DNA of 63,565 nucleotides, counting the filler, from Porpidia crustulata (taxonomy: Eukaryota): the NCBI GenBank assembly GCA_964255105.1. It is 6 parts of 6 records of this genome, joined end to end, with 100 filler letters (N's around TTAATTAATTAA, not from the genome) between each part and the next. Parts side by side here need not be neighbours in the genome. Positions count along the whole stretch, not along the records: positions 21,256 to 31,769 come from CAXUWE010000763.1; positions 31,870 to 42,372 come from CAXUWE010000764.1; 4 more parts are not named here. The stretch is one strand, 5' to 3'. The notes beneath the pieces are model-generated. The model was not told the DNA's origin. It ran no database searches and saw only the letters and a list, made by a program, of their open reading frames with translations. Of the stretch, positions 24,803 to 37,931 are shown in pieces; the first letter of the stretch is position 1; the number at the start of each line of letters is the position of its first letter. Made by a program: the position numbers and the translations under genes.

Positions 24803-25991
24803 ATCACCGGTAATTTCGCCGAAAAAAGGGAGGATGAAGGGTCGGAAGGTGTCTTAGTCATAGCTCATTATAACATTTGAATAATGAGAAATGGTCATCA
24901 TTGTTACTCGACATAATCATGTTGCAACCCTCTATTTTTAATGAACAATACAGAGCGCACTAGCCTCGGTAATCCAATCTTAGCTGAGCATGCCGTTTAT
25001 TTCAACACCATCTCAATAATGCAGGAGAAGGGGCCAGAAAAGTCACACCACAAACCCTGGGCAATTCCAAATCAAAGGAACCCCCAACGGCGTCCTTCCA
25101 GCTGCGGCTCTCACCTTGGCCTCACCCGAATTTATCAAGCAAAAAGAACACACTCCAACAAGATTCTTACGATACGTAGATTACAGCATTCGGGCGAGTC
25201 GGAGAACGGATACCAAAGCAAACGAAGCTATGACAGCCTTGTTCTGAGACAACGTTAGATACCTTGACTGAGTAGATAGATGAATAGGCGCCCGGGATCA
25301 AAAGGCTAATCGAAATTGAGAGAGATATAAGTTGTGCAGAAGGTTAGAATCGAATAGGGCCGGATTATAAATTGTATATTCTTTATTTCTGAGGTATGAG
25401 GATGCCTCTCTGGTGATTGAGTCGGTCGGGAAATGGATGTGATAGCAATGCCAGCAACGGGTAGGATATAATAATTGAAGTCTGACTCTCGAAAGCAGAT
25501 AATTGAGTAACCCTTCCTGCCTTCCCAGCCACAAAGGCGATCACGCGCGCTTAAATGTGGCGCCGCCCTATGAGAACGGAGCGGGCCGAGCCGCTGCTCT
25601 ACAGCATCATTCCTTTCGACTGAAATGTCAACAATAACCCACTTGACCTTTGTGGATCTTAAGCAAAGCGCGTATATTATTGTTCAAGTGCTCATCAGAA
25701 ATCACTATCAACCCATTGTTGATACTAAGACACGTACAGTGGCAAGAAGAACGACCAAATTGTTGCTACTGGATAGATGCTTCGTCTTGGGTATAAACGG
25801 TAGATTCTAGCGATGACTATTACGAAGCTTCTAAATGTCATATCTAGTCATCTCAAAAGGTTCAAGAAAAGTAACGAGTTGCTTTCCTGATTAGACAAGT
25901 AATGTCTGTTTTCTAGCGTCCTTGTCCTTCCTGAAGTTTTCTGGCTTCCCTATGTCCTTTCCCAACTTGCTCCACATTCTCGAGAGTATCA

Positions 25992-27228
25992 TTAGACCAT
26001 CTCCTTAACTTTTCCTCGCTTATCAAGTTCAATTCCCAATCCTTGGTTGTCATGCTTGCTCAAGGATTCCTTATTGATGGCATTTGTAGAGTCGTCTCTT
26101 CGATTCAAGTAGTTGGAAGGTGCAGACCTTCCACCGTGGCTCGGATATGATGGTCCAGGGAGTGACGACTTGCGACGCACATTGAAAAATATCCGAAATG
26201 AGAGTAAGCATGATACAATTACCGCTATACGGGAGATGACATGTCAGCAATTTCAACTCGTGCCACTTAATAGAGTTCCGCGGTGACTCACCAACGCTTG
26301 CTTCAATCATCGACCAGAGGCCAAGCCAGACTACGTCGACATGATGAACAGAAGCACTTGTTTCGATGACACGAACAATTGCAAAGATGATGTCAACAAA
26401 GCCTAAGAGGAAAATCACTGCCAGGCCAGTTTTGCGCTTTCGATCGATCCTCAGATCCCATACGAGACGGATTGGAAGTGCCATGACTGCATTGACTAAT
26501 TAGATGCTTATCTTGGAAGACTGCTTTCATTGTAGACACTTACTGAGTAGGTCGCACAGTATGTCGGCCACTGTGGCATAGTAAAGACTAGCGTTCGATA
26601 CCCTTATGTCTCTTCGGGTTTCACAAGCGCCTGTCACTTCAATGTTGGTATATATCTTTCTGAAAAGATTTCTCGATCTCACCTAGGGTAAAGTAGGTGG
26701 AGATTGGGTAGCAGGCTGCTAGCTGGATGGCCCAGCAACCAAGGTAAGCAAGCAGAGTAAAGACGGATGCCACTGTCCACCAGATCAGATGGCCCGGAAG
26801 ATTCTTAAATAGTGTCCGATAGTACATCAAGAACGACGTTTTGATAGCCCAGAGACAGGTCCAGAACAGCACAATAATCGCAAACTGAAGCTTGAGGAAG
26901 AAATGCGCTGGAGGCCCAATGTCTGGACTAAAGGGTTCTTCTCCCTGGGATATCCTTCGAATTTGAAATATCGGTGATGTAACGTAATGATACATGGTGG
27001 CCATTGAGATCAGGACCGCAAGAGCGAAGCAGACACAAGTATCATTTGCAGAGATTCGGCCCTGAACATAATGATTGATTAGCAGTCGACATGCGACGAA
27101 GACGATTGCAAGAGCAACAGCCGTCCATATTACCGCCTGTGACTCTATTGTCAGTGAATTAGAGAATGGGCAATGATAAGACTAACCTCGAAGACTACAG
27201 GACTAACTCCACCGATTTTGGTTACCAT
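25992..27228 (-). CDS. Pth11-like (rhodopsin-domain, no CFEM) 7-TM integral membrane protein, multi-exon
   Basis: VLFWTCLWAIKTSFLMYYRTLF, VADILCDLL|VMALPIRLVWDLRIDRKRKTGLAVIFLLG, WSMIEASV|AVIVSCL. Confidence 0.9.
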
Positions 27229-27372
27229 CTTGGTTTACAAGGCTTCCAGGTTTTTGACAGGGAAAGATTTACCCTAAGCAAAGACTGCGAGGGATGGTCA
27301 CCCGTTGGATCGCATCCCTTACATCTGGTATGTGAGAGCACAACAAAACTCGACTTTAAGAATAACTTTGCG

Positions 27373-29320
27373 ATGTTTGGAAGCATTAATACTCTTAGCA
27401 TGTTTTCTTTATCATTGTCATCTTTGGCTTCGGGGGTCCTCCTCCTTAGCTTTAGTGATTTCTGGATCACTGCTCAGGTAGGATTATGTACAAGACAAAA
27501 TGCCAGCCGGATTGATAATATAGACACTTCTCGGCGCACAAGCTTAGATTGCGTAAGTAATGGTCCATCCTCTTAGGTGGATATAGCTAAAATGTCAAAT
27601 CTACCAGTGTATTCAGCTAAGGGCCAGGTTTGGCCCACAGCTCTCATTTCCGAATTCGACTACCTACAGCGATCAGCAGAATGGCACCGACGGCTACTGG
27701 ACTCAACAAGAAGCATCAGTCATGCCGTCTTGCAGATTCGCGCCTCAGTCTACAGAAGACGTCTCTGATGCCGTTGCAATACTTTCACGCTCTTTGTGCA
27801 AGTTTGCCGTACGTGGAGGCGGTCACATGTCCTGGGCAGGAGCAGCAAACATCCAAGATGGTGTCACGATTGATCTGGCGTTACTAAAGGATATCACCGT
27901 CTCCGCTGACAGTCTCACTGCTTCGGTGGGTAGTGGTTCGCGGTGGCAGGACGTTTATTTGAAGCTTGATACCTTGAATTTTTCGGTTGTGGGTGGTCGC
28001 GTCTATGATGTTGGGGTTGGAGGGCTATTACTTGGTGGTGAGATTGTAAAGTATTTTCTCGTGTTTCCAGTGAGGGAGCTAAGGTCCATCAGGTGGTAAC
28101 TCCTTCTTTGCCTCACGATACGGATTTGCTTGTGACAATGTTGCGAACTTTGAGGTTAGTAGCTTCTCGGAGCACTTCTTGAACGTCTACTACCGGTGAT
28201 TTTAGGTTGTTCTGGGTGGTGGCCGGATCGTTAATGCCAATGATGTTGAGAACGTAGACCTCTTTCGAGCATTGAAGGGCTCCTCGAACAACCTAGGAAT
28301 AGTAACACGATTTGATCTGAAAACTTTTCGACAGGGGAAATTATGGGGAGGGTTCATCATCTACCCATTCACAACTGCGACAGCGCAATTACACCTTCTC
28401 GAGGAATTTACTACAGCTTCTGGTGCTGGAGTTGATCCATTTGCATCGGTCATAAACGCTTATATTTTTACCGCGGCGGGGCCCACCTTCATTGCAAATC
28501 AATATACAGACACCAAAGCCGAAGCATTCCCCAAGATATTGCAGAACTTTACGAACCTTCAGCCGCAACTACATAGTACTATGCGGACTACAAATCTGAC
28601 AGATCTTACGGTCGAACTCGGTGCTGGTGAGTTGGACCTCCTCGCACTGGTCTAAAGCTTTAGAGCATAGCTGAGAAATATACTACCAGGTACTCCAAAC
28701 GGATTCCGGTGAGCGTGTCCCCGACAGATATGTCACGCGCTCATATTATTGATTGAATTTAATAGTCAATTATTTGGAACAGCCACGTTCACGAATGACG
28801 CAACACTCTTCGCACACCTCCTCACACTCGCCGAAGCAGCCTTTTTGCCTATACAAGGAATCAAGAATTTTCAGGCTAGCTTTGTTCTCCAACCGATACC
28901 AAAGTCAATTACAAGCAAAGCAGCTCTGAATGGAGGCAATTCGCTCGGTTTAAGCCCTGACGACGGAGACCTAGTTTGTAAGTAATGACTCGTGCTTATA
29001 TCTCTAATTGGCAACTCAATCAACTGGCAGGGCTCGATCTTACTATACAATGGTCTGAAGCTGGCGATGACGCAGCTATCAATGCTGCAACCCAAACATT
29101 CGTACGTCAAGCTATTCAATATGCTAAATCCCAGGGTAAGTATAATCGCTACCTGTACCTGAACTACGCACTACAGCAACAAGATCCCATTGCCGGATAT
29201 GGCCCGGAAAACCAAGCCTTTTTACGGATGATGTCGAGGAAATATGATCCGCGTGGGGTCTTTCAGAAGCTGGTGCCTGGAGGCTTCAAGCTATATCGTA
29301 ATGATTCAGTATGCTGTTAA
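27373..29320 (+). CDS. Secreted FAD-linked oxidoreductase (berberine bridge enzyme-like, FAD_binding_4), multi-exon; start at 27373 or 27400
   Basis: Signal peptide; YWTQQEASVMPSCRFAP; FAVRGGGH (covalent-FAD His); VGVGGLLLGGG; DLFRALKGSSNNLGIVTRFDL; YLYLNYA..YG..KYDPRGVFQKLVPGGFKL. Confidence 0.94.
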
Positions 29321-30332
29321 GACTTGATTAGGGAATGTATGAATATTCAGTGGGTTCTATTTCTGATTGGAGGCGGTGCAATACCCTTTGCCATTTTTTA
29401 ATTCTTAGCTATTCGAGTCGTTTGCAGCTTATAGCAGACTACGTCATTCGAAGCATTTTTGGTACAGATGATTCAAATAGCAGTGAAATACCAAGTTTGG
29501 AGATCTGATATTTCGCAGCGCCAAGGAGTTCGATTGTGTGATTCAGCGGAAGCAGCGCATCCAAGAAATTCGTAGAGCCACCTTTGAGGCCGGATCTGAA
29601 GGGCGATCGACTGCACTACATCTCTAATATTCCCACTGAAGCCTTTTCAAGCAACTGGTCATAGGTATCCCAAGTGCGACTCTTATGGATCCTGCTCAGA
29701 ACAATTAATGTTTAATTTCCAATTCCCATAGCTCAGAGTCCTTAGTATTCAAACCCAGAATCAGAAGCGTCGTACTCCCACGCACAGGATTGGTGTTCCC
29801 CAAATATTGACCTTGTGCGCGAGTGCGTAATTGCCTGAAGTGATGTAGCTGAAACAATTCCGTCTGGTTCCTAGCGCCCCACTAACCCACTACTTCCCCA
29901 TGCGCACGGGCCAGCCTCCAGGATTGCGCGCATGATTCGGGTACACTAAGCTTCTTCGGGCCACAGCCTCGTTCATTGCCTGCGTTAGCTCCGATCTAAT
30001 ACCCGAGATTTCTTGGACTACAAAATCCCACCTTCTCACCTTCCATCTCTCATGTACTTCCTCTTCATCCACGTACAACATCTTCTCTCTCAACTTACAT
30101 TCCAATTAAGGATGACAGGCTGGTTATAAGGCAACAACATCCAACTTGCACCTTCTCAAACAACATGGATTTGCAACAGAATCAACTCTCCATGGGTTAT
30201 TCTTCAGGAAGATGTCGTTAGTATCTGTTTGAACCGTCCACGGAGGTTATCCTCCACTTAGCTGTACCCCCTCCCGAGACTCTTTCCACCAACCTCCTCC
30301 TCGCTGTTCTCCTCACTGCCATCTACGCCAAC

Positions 30333-31176
30333 ATGGATCCCGAACTTCAGCAGAAAATCATCAGTCGTCATGGTCACCTTGTCTCTCATTCCGATTCCCC
30401 ATCATATATCAGTTCACCAGGTACCCCAAGCTTAGAAACCAGTGGACCTCCCTCTCCTACTAGTGGGGAAGTGATCAACTTTGCGGTTGTCGTGCCTGGA
30501 ATATACCGGAGCAGCTTCCCCAGGAAGGGCAATTTCGAGCATTTGCATTCCCTAGGCTTGAAGACTATACTGTTCGGAGCCTCTCTACAATCGAATGAAC
30601 TCAAGCTGATTGAATACAGAACCCTGGTCGGAGGGGAATATCCCAGTGAGAATGTAGAGTTCATGGATGATCACGGCATCAAGCATCTTCAGATCCCTAT
30701 TCCGGCCCATAAGGAGCCGTCCGTTGTTATCCCTCTCGAAAGTATTGCCAACGCTCTTAAGGTCATGTTGGATCCTTCCAATCATCCTCTTCTATTGCAT
30801 TGCAATAAGGGAAAGGTATGCACGTCCAAGGCAGCCATTACATTACGGGTTACTAACTCGGTCTCCAGCACCGCACTGGATGTATCATGGCTTGTTACCG
30901 AAAGATTCATGATGGCTGGAATATCGATGCTATACTCACAGAGTATGTATACTCGATCGCGCCTCCGATTATCTCTCTGACTAAGAGTGCAGGTATCGCA
31001 ACTACGCTGGCAACAAATGGCGCGTCCTAGACGAGTACTTCATCACTCATTTCAACCCTCAGGACGTTATGACAATAATGAAAGCCTCGGATGCAGACGC
31101 TCCGGCTGAGAGAACAAACCGACCACCGCTCCCTACGCCGCCAGCCTCAGACGGGACTGACTGGGAAGAATACTAG
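30333..31176 (+). CDS. SIW14: Siw14/PFA-DSP family phosphatase (inositol pyrophosphatase-like); three introns
   Basis: NFAVVVPGIYRSSFP; P-loop HCNKGK|HRTGC joined across an intron; EYRNYAGNKWRVLDEYFI. Confidence 0.85.
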
Positions 31177-31769
31177 GTTGGCCCTCGATCCATTTGGTTT
31201 GAGTCGAAAAGAAAAATGGGCCGGAACTTTGTTGTTATACCTTTATGTTTGGTGTGGCAATAACTGGATACCCCAAATCCGCTGTTGGTTTAGTCTGATC
31301 CCGATGCCTGTGGTTTACTTTTTGGCAATCGAAAAGTTAGGATACGTAGGTTTAATTACATGATATGGGTTGGTTGGTGTATGTTTGTTGAAAAGGCTTG
31401 TGGTGAGTTGGGTATGCAGTTGACTGACTTTTTTGTTTCACTGGTCAACACCTCTGAATCTGTCTTTCTTACTCGACTTTTTCCACAAAGGTAAGTGCTC
31501 CAACGTACGATTTTCTTTATCAAATTTCTAATGTCTTTTTGCCCCAATACCCACACTCTACATTCTATCTTGAATATTTTTGATAGTCCAATGTTTTCTA
31601 TTCCAAAGCTCATTCCTTCCAAACTCATTTCCCAGACATTTTCAAGCAGCAAATATAGAAGAACAACACCGCATGTGAACTCCATAGTCAAAAGCTAAGT
31701 CCAACCCTTTATTATTCCAAATTACTGACTATTGTCTCTGCAAACAAATCTAATACAACACTCTCAAAC

Positions 31770-31869
31770 NNNNNNNNNNNNNNNNNNNNNNNNNNNNNNN
31801 NNNNNNNNNNNNNTTAATTAATTAANNNNNNNNNNNNNNNNNNNNNNNNNNNNNNNNNNNNNNNNNNNN
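31770..31869. other. Artificial contig linker
   Basis: N block with TTAATTAATTAA core. Confidence 0.99.
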
Positions 31870-32883
31870 GGATTGAACTTTAGAAAACACGGGTTGGCTG
31901 ATTCGGAATGTAGGTAGTAAGTAAAGCTTGGTATGAAAGAGGATGCGTTACGGTCTTACGGAAGGGAGTTGTGGAGGGGACGAGGGTCGGGGGAAAAGGT
32001 GTCGTAGAGCATTAAATCAAGCGATCTCATTAAATCTCTAATTAACATCAACCACATCGTCACGAAATATCCTCATACTCCTGATTTTGAAAGCCAACAG
32101 ATCGTCTCCATCTTTCAGAATGATCAGCGGTGACAGCCGATTGCTTTGCAGATCCAACGAGTGTATTTTGAGTAGTTATAAAGGCAAATCAGACGTCAGA
32201 GGAGTTCGAAAAACGAAAGATTAATGGACACGGTTCCATGAAACAGTGCTAGCAGTGAAATGAATACTCTACTAAACTTTAGAAGACCAAACGGTAGAAA
32301 ATTGATCGGTTTCCAAGAAATCTAGGATAATCGATCAATTTCGCGAATGAGACAGGGTCAAGTTTGGGATGCGGTGGAATGGATAAGATGTCGGTGGATG
32401 TTGATCTTAGAGTGGAGGAGCGGGAGGATGGTGGGATAGTAATTGACAAGACTGAATGAATAATTTCCGATTCTCTTCCCACAACGTCACCGAGTCCGAT
32501 GACATTGCAGCTTCCTGTTCTCAGGAGAACGTGACTGGCCACGGAGAACGCCTAGAGTTCCCGCAACACGACGAGTAAGCACTCTGACCCAGACTTCTCT
32601 TCTGCAAGGACTGTGGACCGTTGCAGAGGACAAGCTATGTTTCATCCTACCTGAACAGCTGTGTCGGTATAACCACGAAGGAATTCTTGTCGCTGGTAGA
32701 TGGGAATGTCGTAATTCACAGATCTGACGTAGTTGCGTTATGGGTGGTGGTACGATGATATTCGGATATCGTTGTGCGAGCCTATGAAGCGGCTGTTTTG
32801 CTGTTTCCATCATGGAGTAAACACCAAGCGCTTGCTGTCGTTGAATAATTGAATGATTGGATAATGGGATGACTGGACGATTA

Positions 32884-33205
32884 CAACCTATCCAGGGTAT
32901 CAGTTGTTAGTACGCTCGGCTAGCCTCTCTGCTAGCGTCTGATTCTCAATGTCAGAATATTCTGCCCCTAAGTCAGCAAATTTTGATCAATTACTCAACT
33001 ACATGCTCAAGCACCTGCTCAAGCATTTAATTAATTGCTTCAAATCGCCCATCTATCTATCTAACTTTCGGCTCATCTATTCAAGCCTTTATTGATTCAG
33101 AGAGAGAACATACAAGATTCTAAGGTAGATATACTGGCCATAAACGATATCGAATTGGGTATAGCCAAACGCCACGTACTAACAACTGATACCCTGGATA
33201 GGTTG
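32884..33205. mobile_element. Tc1/mariner-type MITE, copy 1 (322 bp)
   Basis: Perfect 31-bp TIR CAACCTATCCAGGGTATCAGTTGTTAGTACG (32884-32914 / 33175-33205), TA on both flanks. Confidence 0.93.
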
Positions 33206-33801
33206 TAGATCGGATACTCCGTCCGTAACGCGCCACTCACGCACTAGGAAAAGACGTTGCGCTAAGATTGAGAGGGTGTATAGAAGACCTCGACGATCGA
33301 CGATGGATGACACCCAAGCCACGTATGCTGCACAGCCACCGCAAGAATCTGGCTGGACGGGACGATGGATGATCTGCAAACGCAGAATGCGCCGTTGTGC
33401 TATTCGAAGCAGAGGCATAGACCTCTGTGATCGACGCGGTGCATATTTTGACCGTAAAGTGCGATGGAGATAGAATGCGAACGAACGTCTGATGATCACA
33501 ATCCAAATGCTTCTGCACTGCCTGTGTGACAGTGATGGTTTGTGCCGACTGTCGATTTGGATGGAATGGGTTAGTTCGGAGTACCAGGTATCAATGACGT
33601 CATCCGCAACCCTCCGCAAAACGACGGCTTGCCTATCGTAGCGGCAATAATCAACACTCCCGGTAATCCAACCGTCCGCACGCCATGGCGCTCTGGCTGC
33701 GAAAAACCCTCATTGCGATAAAAGTCCGACGATATTGTTCTCGAAGCTGTCTCAACTGTGGTTCAATCACATACAGAGCGGTGAGACTTCACGACAGTGT
33801 A

Positions 33802-34011
33802 CAACCTATCCAGGGTATCAGTTTTTAGTATGCTCGGCTAGTCCCCCTGCTAGCGTTTGATTTTCAATGTCAGAATCCTCGGCCCCTAAGTCAGCAAATT
33901 TTGCAGAGGAAGAACATACAAGATTTTAATGTAGATATACTGGTCGTAAACGATGTCAAATTGAGTATAGCCAAACGCCACGTACTAACAACTGATACCC
34001 TGGATAGGTTG
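33802..34011. mobile_element. Tc1/mariner-type MITE, copy 2 (210 bp, lacks a 112-bp internal segment)
   Basis: Same TIR (2 mismatches in the left copy), TA flanks, roughly 90% identical to copy 1 over shared parts by eye. Confidence 0.92.
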
Positions 34012-35279
34012 TAGGGTGATCAGAATTAGCGACTGTACCTCCGTGCCGACTATCACATCCAGACAGTTACGTCACCACCATGGTAAATTACCTCCCGGAC
34101 TCGAAATTGATGCAAATTTCCAGGAGGATCGCGAGGTAAATCTGGCTCGTTGTTACGTAACAACATGTGACGGACATAATAAGATTCGAACAGATAATTT
34201 GCTCTTATTGTCGGGCACTCCCAGGGAGAACACCTACCGGAGGATGCTCCATGTAGTCTGTAAAGGATCAGCGTATCAGCCACGATCCCCCGTGCCCCCC
34301 AGCAACCTTGCCAATCCATCGCACACCTGTCAGGGCCCGACTGTGGGCAAGGACGCGTTTACGCTCCGTGATTGGCGGGACTACTGCTGGGGAAGTTTGG
34401 CAAGAAATTGAAGAAGCGCGGAGGGTGTTGATGCCCCGTGCCGTCCTACCGCTAACGTAGCTGGAGCGAATTTGCCGTAGCGAGTGGAGTGCTGGAGTGC
34501 GTAATTTGCTGGTGGAAGTAGCGGATATTGTGGCTAACTCGAAGCAGACGTTGGAGAGGGTTTCACAGTTATCCTCGTGACCCTCGCGATCCCCGTAATG
34601 CAAAGTTTGTGTACTGAATTGTAGGGGATAGATAGTACAATGGGGGTAAACCACAGCATAATTGTTGAGTCATATTATTAAGACAACGATGCGCCGGTAC
34701 TGGCCAGGTATAGCCAAGTACTAGGCGACCTATCTAATGTGCGATAGGTACATGTGGTACATATTGAGCGAATAACATTGAAAGGTGCGGCGTTGCGTGC
34801 ACCGGTCATTAATGATGACGCTTGCTGGTTGCGTCATTTATCGACAGTCTACTTCGAACTAATAAGTCTATGGTGCCACGTTGAGCACAGAATACGGGCG
34901 CCCTGGGGTATCTCATGGATCGAAACGACTGGTTGCGAACAGGAAAGAAAGCACGTAGACACATGCTGCTGGTGAATTTATTAGGTTGCCGTGAAAGAGG
35001 CAGAGAGAGGTGGAGTTGAATGTTCATGCATATCGTATTCGTAAGAAATCGTTGCCCGTAGACACGTATATCGTCCCAGGTCAACGCCAAGCCCGAATGT
35101 CCAACTGAAAAAGCAAACGAATTCCATCAACCGATCCCTGGGTATATATCGCATTCTGAGCCAATCGAACCGGCCGTGAGCAGTTGTACGCCGTCGACGA
35201 CAGTGTTGACGTGAAAAACTCATCAAAATAAAACGGGGTATCATAGAACAAAGGAAATTCGCGCATGGGAGAAGTCGAT

Positions 35280-37931
35280 TTAGAATAGTAATCTCATCTC
35301 GAGGTTCGGGTTGGAAGGGTCGGTCGAGCCGCCCTGGTCCAGCTGTGACGTTGTTTCACCCTCGATTGTAGAAAATTCCACCGTCATGTCTTGACCCTCG
35401 GGTAGTTCGCGCACAACTTCATCATCAATCATGATCTTGAGGCCTTTGGGATTGACACGGAGTGTACGAGAAACCCGAGTGGCGTCGACCTGGCATTTGA
35501 TAGCGATATTGATGATGAGGTCCTTCAACGTACGTTCCATCAGGTAAACGGCCCGGTAATAATCGGTATCGGGAGAACTCCCGGACACCTTGACAAGCAC
35601 GTAAAAGCATGCAATAGGTTTGATGGACCTCTCCAGCGGGGCTTGGTATGATGGATCAACGCCGATCGCATCGATCCAGGCCGGTAAGGAAGCGTCATTC
35701 TGCCTCTGAACTTTGACGGCCGAGGTTGAGAAACCGGCCGTGAGGTTGTCCGTTTGCGTATTGAGAGGACCGGAGAAATTGGCAAAACTTTCCCACTCGC
35801 TGGGAACTGGCTGTGGGCGGTCGTATTGACCCGGATATTGAAAGCGAGGACGCTCATTGGACCGTGGCTGGGAGGGAATTGACTTCGAGCTGGGTGAAGG
35901 CGAGACAATGCAGGAATTTGTCGGAGTTGTTTCCGCGCTGACCTGTTGGTCGCAAGATGACTTGCGGCTGGCGGGCTCAATCTTGGTCAGATTGGAGGAT
36001 TGCCCGGGGAGTGTGACCGGATACAGGTCCGGATCATCTTGTTCGTAGCCTCGAAGGTACAATAAACTCACAGGTCTCGTCGAGGTGAACATGTCTTGCA
36101 TAGTTGCGAGCTTGTGGTGAAGATCTTCCTCAGCGGCAGGCCGGCCGGAAGAGCCTTGCGAAGAGATTGACCAAGTTCGTTTCTGCTTCTGCACCTTTCC
36201 GGGCCGGTGGCTACCGCTCTTGATGGCTATGGAGCCGCTCCTTTTCCGCTTGCCAAAGTCTTTCATACCGGATTCCACTTGAGAAATTTGCTGCTTGAGC
36301 TTGTCAATAGTCTTCTTGATATGAGCGACATCGTTGGAGAGTTTTCGTTCTGCCCCGTGATCACGGAATAATTTGACCTTGCAGAAGCACACCTCAGCTG
36401 TAGGTTCCAACAGCGACTCTGGGGTGCTAGAAGAGACGATCTCAGTCTTCGCGCACAGCCGGACAGGTATGCCTTTCACTCCTTTCGAATGACTGAAATC
36501 CGTGGAGAGGAAGTTGAATCGAACGGCAACCGAGCATTCTGCTATAGTGGACCCTTGGGCAGGACTCCACGTCACAGAAAAGCAGTCAAACGAGGCACGC
36601 TCAATTTCCACTCGCGGCCGTTTCGTTTCCTCGTCTCCGCCTTGATTGGGATCTACGTATTCGACGGCTTGAAGCTTTCCGGCTCTGTGGTGCGCTTCGG
36701 CTAGACCTCTGCCTTCCTTCCAAAGCTGCCAACATGCCGAAGGGCGTTGTCGCTGCTGCTCGTCTTCAAAGGAGATGCGAACCACGGTTCTGTACTTGGT
36801 GGGACCAACGGAAGGGCGCATTCCTGTGGTGTCGAGTATCGTCATTGAATAAGCCTGACCTTTGTTCAGATACGTCACCGGGATTTCGTCTGAATGGCGA
36901 ATCATTGCTGTTGGCGCATTAAGTGTAATCTGATAGCGAAATCTAAATCTTAACATTAGCATGCTGTAGATTTCAAATCGTGACATGTCATACTTTTCCA
37001 TGTAAGGTGCAGACGGAGCTGGCATGCTGGCGTCGAACATTTGGGTGGGGAACATCGGCAGCGCCCTGTGCGGCTCTACGTCCATATGAATCTCTTCTTT
37101 AGGCAAACCATCGTTGTCGGCGTCCACAGCCCCGAAACCAGAATCTTGATGGACGAATGAGCTGGGCGCGTAGGACTGCTGTGGGTTGAAAGTGGCAGTA
37201 GTCTGAAATGAATGTACGTCAAGCAAATGAGGGTGGAAGCCGTGCATTTCAATCGCTGAGTGGATATTGCCCTCGGAGGTTGGCATCGAAAGAGGAGTTC
37301 CGAGATGAAAGCCCATCCCCGGGGTATGCAAATCTCCCGCCTGGTTGTGGTAGGTGGTGCTTGTGCCTCCTGGGGTCGGTGTGTAATAACCTGAGGCTTG
37401 GTTCGCAAACGAGGTAAAGTTGAAAGAGTTCGAATCAAGCATAGAAGGCGTGAATCTCCACTGATCATTGGCTTCTCCATGATTCAGTATCCCGTCTTTG
37501 CTATCCTCATGTTCTCCAAGCCGTCTGTGAAGAGCATCTCGGTCAGTTGGACGTGTTCCCTATCTTACGAGGCGCATTGCACGTCTCCCCAGAAGAAGTG
37601 TGGTACGCGACTTGAAGAAAGATCTGAACAGGACTAGTGTTGATCAAGAAAGTACAAAAGAGATCATTTTGCCGCACCTGTGGTCCATGGTCGGATCCGA
37701 TAGAGCGCCGGTAGTAGTACTTTGTGTTGACGCTGCGGAGGACGTTGGTACTGTCCCGGGCCCTACGTCGGGAAAGTTCTGTTTGAAGGAAGCATAGAGT
37801 TCGTCACCCGGCTTCTGGGTACTTTTCCTATTTATCACGTATGTGATCAGTAAAGCGCGTAATAGAGAGCAAGATCTAGAAGATATGAGGTATTGGATTG
37901 GATATACGAAGACTTACCGGTTGCGAAACAT
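35280..37931 (-). CDS. Fungal Grainyhead-like / CP2 transcription factor, four exons
   Basis: First exon MFRNR; EIPVTYLNKGQAY; FNFLSTDFSHSKGVKGIPVRLCAKT; CKVKLFRDHGAERKLSND; C-terminal YYRAVYL..DDEVVRELPEGQDM. Confidence 0.95.

Noticed and set aside
31356..31769. AT-rich, CpG-poor contig end resembling a TE remnant
   Set aside because: No TIR, LTR, TSD or coding signature visible within the window.
37525..37678. Possible 65-nt poison cassette exon in GRHL intron 2 (TAG acceptor and GTAAGA donor)
   Set aside because: The flanking mini-introns would be only about 44 nt and the first lacks a clear branch site; needs RNA-seq.
37915..37922. TACCGGTT, 7/8 match to the Grainyhead site AACCGGTT, inside the GRHL gene
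   Set aside because: Explained by the N-R codons plus the GTAAGT donor; no independent support for autoregulation.
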